Shown one piece after another: positions 61,918 to 64,000 of a stretch of 64,000 bases of DNA. Under the pieces are notes generated by a model. That model ran no database searches, was not told where the DNA came from, and saw only the letters and a program-made list of their open reading frames with translations. Position numbers and translations under genes: made by a program. This DNA comes from Comamonadaceae bacterium (lineage in GTDB: Bacteria > Pseudomonadota > Gammaproteobacteria > Burkholderiales > Burkholderiaceae_C), in the NCBI GenBank assembly GCA_947453965.1, contig CANGIQ010000001.1:52060-116059 (forward strand), given 5' to 3'. Position 1 is the stretch's first letter, and every line of letters starts with the position of its first letter.

Positions 61918-62439
61918 TTAATTTTTCTGGCCCTTGCCGGCGAGTCGATCGTCGCGGGCTGAGATCGCGTATTGCGCCGCTTTGTTGGACATCAACACGG
62001 CTTGCGCTGCAAAGCTGGCGGCTTTTTTAGAGGCTTCCGCCGCCACCGATGAGCCTTGGGCCGAAGCGTCTTCTGCATGGTTGGCCACCGCCAGCGCTGC
62101 AGCTGCAGCGCCCGACGCGGCAGAAGCGGCGCTTTCTATGGCCGCGGCCGCCGCCGAGCTGGCGGCATTTGAGGCGGCTTCTGCCGCTGCAATCACAGGA
62201 ATTGCCGCCGCTTCTTTGGCCGCGAGCAAACACTTTTCAGAGGCAACGGCCGAGTGTTCGGCTGCTTTGGCCGCTTGTTGTGCCGAGTCGGTTGCATGCT
62301 GGGTCAGGCCGCGTAAAACGATCAAGGTGTCCGCATAGCGCCGATTTGTGTCGAGGTAGCTGTGCTTGAGATCGCGGAGTTCCTCACGCATCAACGCCAC
62401 TTCTTTGCGTAAAACTTCTACTTCGGTGGTCATGGGCAA
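61918..62439 (-). CDS. hypothetical Ala-rich protein with N-terminal coiled-coil
   Basis: 173 aa. RBS AAGGA lies 6 nt before the ATG. The opposite-strand ORF (61934-62338) is a compositional mirror. No family recognised. Confidence 0.5.
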   Translation of the reverse strand: MPMTTEVEVLRKEVALMREELRDLKHSYLDTNRRYADTLIVLRGLTQHATDSAQQAAKAAEHSAVASEKCLLAAKEAAAIPVIAAAEAASNAASSAAAAAIESAASAASGAAAAALAVANHAEDASAQGSSVAAEASKKAASFAAQAVLMSNKAAQYAISARDDRLAGKGQKN

Positions 62440-62706
62440 TCCTTGGTGCGGCTCAATGGTGAGCGTTCATCCTAGCCGCATTGTGGGCTTGCGAACGCAC
62501 GGATGAGCTTAGCGGGCTTTTTCGGTCCGATCTGTGCGACAACGCACACACCCGGTTTGAAACTTGGCCTTAGAGCTGCAGCGCTCACCCCGCCCATACG
62601 CCAAGTAGCGTATTGATTGTCAGATTGGCAATCGTTACCCTGCGTGTTGGACGAAAAAATTTAAAACAACCCTTGCCTTGTTCATGGCAACTTCAGGAGA
62701 CGCGAC

Positions 62707-63582
62707 ATGACTGCAGCCCAAGTGCAAAACGCACTGATTCTTTGCTTGATTGTTGGATTTGGGACCATGGAATTTCTGAGTCGGCGCTACCGAGCCGCGA
62801 TTCACCCATCCAAAGATGACACAACGCTGGAGTTGTTGATGTTCTTGAGCGTGGTGGCCGTCACGCAACCGTTTGCGATTTTGATGACGTCCAAGTTGGG
62901 CAATCTGTGGTTTCCTGAATACAAAGATATCTTGGCTGATTTGCCCTGGTGGGGCATGGTGGCTATTTTGTTGGTGGCTGACGACATGACGCAGTATTGG
63001 TGGCACCGCCTGTCGCACTCACCGCTGCTGTGGCCCTTGCACCGCGCCCACCATTCGGCCGAGTACATGAGCATTCGTGTCACTTTCCGCAACAACTTCT
63101 TTTATTACCTGATGATGCCAGGCCTGTGGCTGGCGGGCTGTTTGTTGCACTTGGGCTTTGGTGGTTTTGTGTATGCGATCTACATCGTGGTCAAGCTGAT
63201 GGTGATCTTGGGCGCGCACTGCACCTGGCGCTGGGATGAGCCGCTGTACCGCATTCCTGCCTTGCGCCCCCTGATGTGGGTGGTCGAGCGCACCATCTCG
63301 ACACCCGCGACGCACTGGGCCCACCATGCCATCACCAACAAGGACGGCATTGGCAACTACAAGGGCAACTTCGGCAATTTGTTGTTCTTCTGGGATGTGC
63401 TGTTTGGCAGCGCCTTGATCACGCGCCAGTACCCGGCCCAAGTGGGCTTGATCGATGACCAGCTGTTTGGCCAAGAACGCTGGTACCACCAGATGTTCTA
63501 TCCTCTCTTGCAATCCAAGCGCGAACACTCGGCGCTGAAGTTTGGCGGCACTATTTACGCTGAGCCTGAACAATCCCAATAA
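62707..63582 (+). CDS. fatty acid hydroxylase / sterol desaturase superfamily membrane protein
   Basis: 291 aa. AGGAG RBS. His boxes HRLSH, HRAHH and HWAHH. Confidence 0.82.
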   Translation: MTAAQVQNALILCLIVGFGTMEFLSRRYRAAIHPSKDDTTLELLMFLSVVAVTQPFAILMTSKLGNLWFPEYKDILADLPWWGMVAILLVADDMTQYWWHRLSHSPLLWPLHRAHHSAEYMSIRVTFRNNFFYYLMMPGLWLAGCLLHLGFGGFVYAIYIVVKLMVILGAHCTWRWDEPLYRIPALRPLMWVVERTISTPATHWAHHAITNKDGIGNYKGNFGNLLFFWDVLFGSALITRQYPAQVGLIDDQLFGQERWYHQMFYPLLQSKREHSALKFGGTIYAEPEQSQ

Positions 63583-63609
63583 CGCACGGTCACTACGGAG
63601 CCACCCCAC

Positions 63610-64000
63610 ATGCCTGCTGAGTTCTTAAGCATTTTTCAACGTCAGAAGGCAGCCTACTTGGCGCGTCCCGTGCCCAGTTATGCCCAGCGCATGGCGGATT
63701 TGCAAGCGCTCGCGCGCATGCTCAAAGACAACCGCGACGCCATTGTGCAAGCCATCAGCCAAGACTATGGCAACCGCAGCGAGTTTGAAACCTTGTTTGC
63801 GGAATTTTTTGTGGTGCTCGAAGCCATCAAGGATGCGCAAAAAAACCTCAAAAAATGGATGAGGCCCCAACGTCGCCACATTGACCGGCTGATGTATCCC
63901 GGCGCGTCCAACCGCGTGGTGCCGCAGCCTGTGGGCGTGGTGGGCGTGATCGTGCCGTGGAACTTTCCGCTCAACTTGAGTTTTTGCCCCTTGGCGGCCA
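63610..64000 (+). CDS. aldehyde dehydrogenase (ALDH3 / coniferyl-aldehyde-dehydrogenase-like), 5' part; continues beyond the window
   Basis: My own translation from the ATG at 63610: MPAEFLSIFQRQKAAYLARPVPSYAQRMADLQAL...VVGVIVPWNFPLNL. The open frame runs to the window end, so it is absent from the ORF track. Confidence 0.8.
   Translation, partial: MPAEFLSIFQRQKAAYLARPVPSYAQRMADLQALARMLKDNRDAIVQAISQDYGNRSEFETLFAEFFVVLEAIKDAQKNLKKWMRPQRRHIDRLMYPGASNRVVPQPVGVVGVIVPWNFPLNLSFCPLAA

Noticed and set aside
62673-62690. TTGCC-N8-GGCAA inverted repeat just upstream of the hydroxylase RBS, and the GGTGAGCG/CGCTCACC pair 120 nt apart in the same gap.
   Set aside because: The 5-8-bp arms are within chance expectation for a 267-bp GC-rich region, and no regulator gene is adjacent.

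Overview
High-GC chromosome segment that looks betaproteobacterial. Gene content and four Bug/TctC binding-protein paralogues suggest Burkholderiales/Comamonadaceae, but the taxon is inference only. Most of the window is core or ordinary metabolism. It contains tRNA-Leu, tig-clpP-clpX-lon, a tRNA Gly/Cys/Gly/Leu set, class I fumarase, cytochrome c, ilvD-lgt, and grpE plus dnaK-dnaJ with clear sigma32-type promoters. Metabolic modules are a LysR/Bug/PrpD/serine-hydrolase cluster, a malonate module (decarboxylase, Bug binding protein, malonyl-CoA synthetase), and a roughly 12.5 kb eleven-gene minus-strand operon combining beta-oxidation-type enzymes, a LIV-type ABC importer and a MarR regulator. 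I found no rRNA, CRISPR array, IS element, integrase or recognisable phage-defence gene. I cannot demonstrate a clearly new system from sequence alone. The candidates most worth follow-up are these. (1) Tandem cyanophycin synthetase genes (cphA plus a paralogue with a degenerate Mur-ligase P-loop) sit divergent from an ABC exporter with an unusual N-terminal domain, which is translationally coupled to a DUF1854-like protein. (2) A Gly-Cys-Leu tRNA cluster appears split by two cassettes: a B12-type radical SAM gene with a non-canonical Cx4Cx2C motif plus mgtA, then an AT-richer DUF535/VirK-like gene plus a small secreted tandem-repeat Cys protein. (3) A 389-bp intergenic region carries two roughly 80-bp near-perfect hairpins. 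Many long ORFs in the supplied track are antisense shadows of real genes, which is typical of high-GC DNA. Several true genes start downstream of the longest-ORF start, and I trimmed those using RBS and homology logic.
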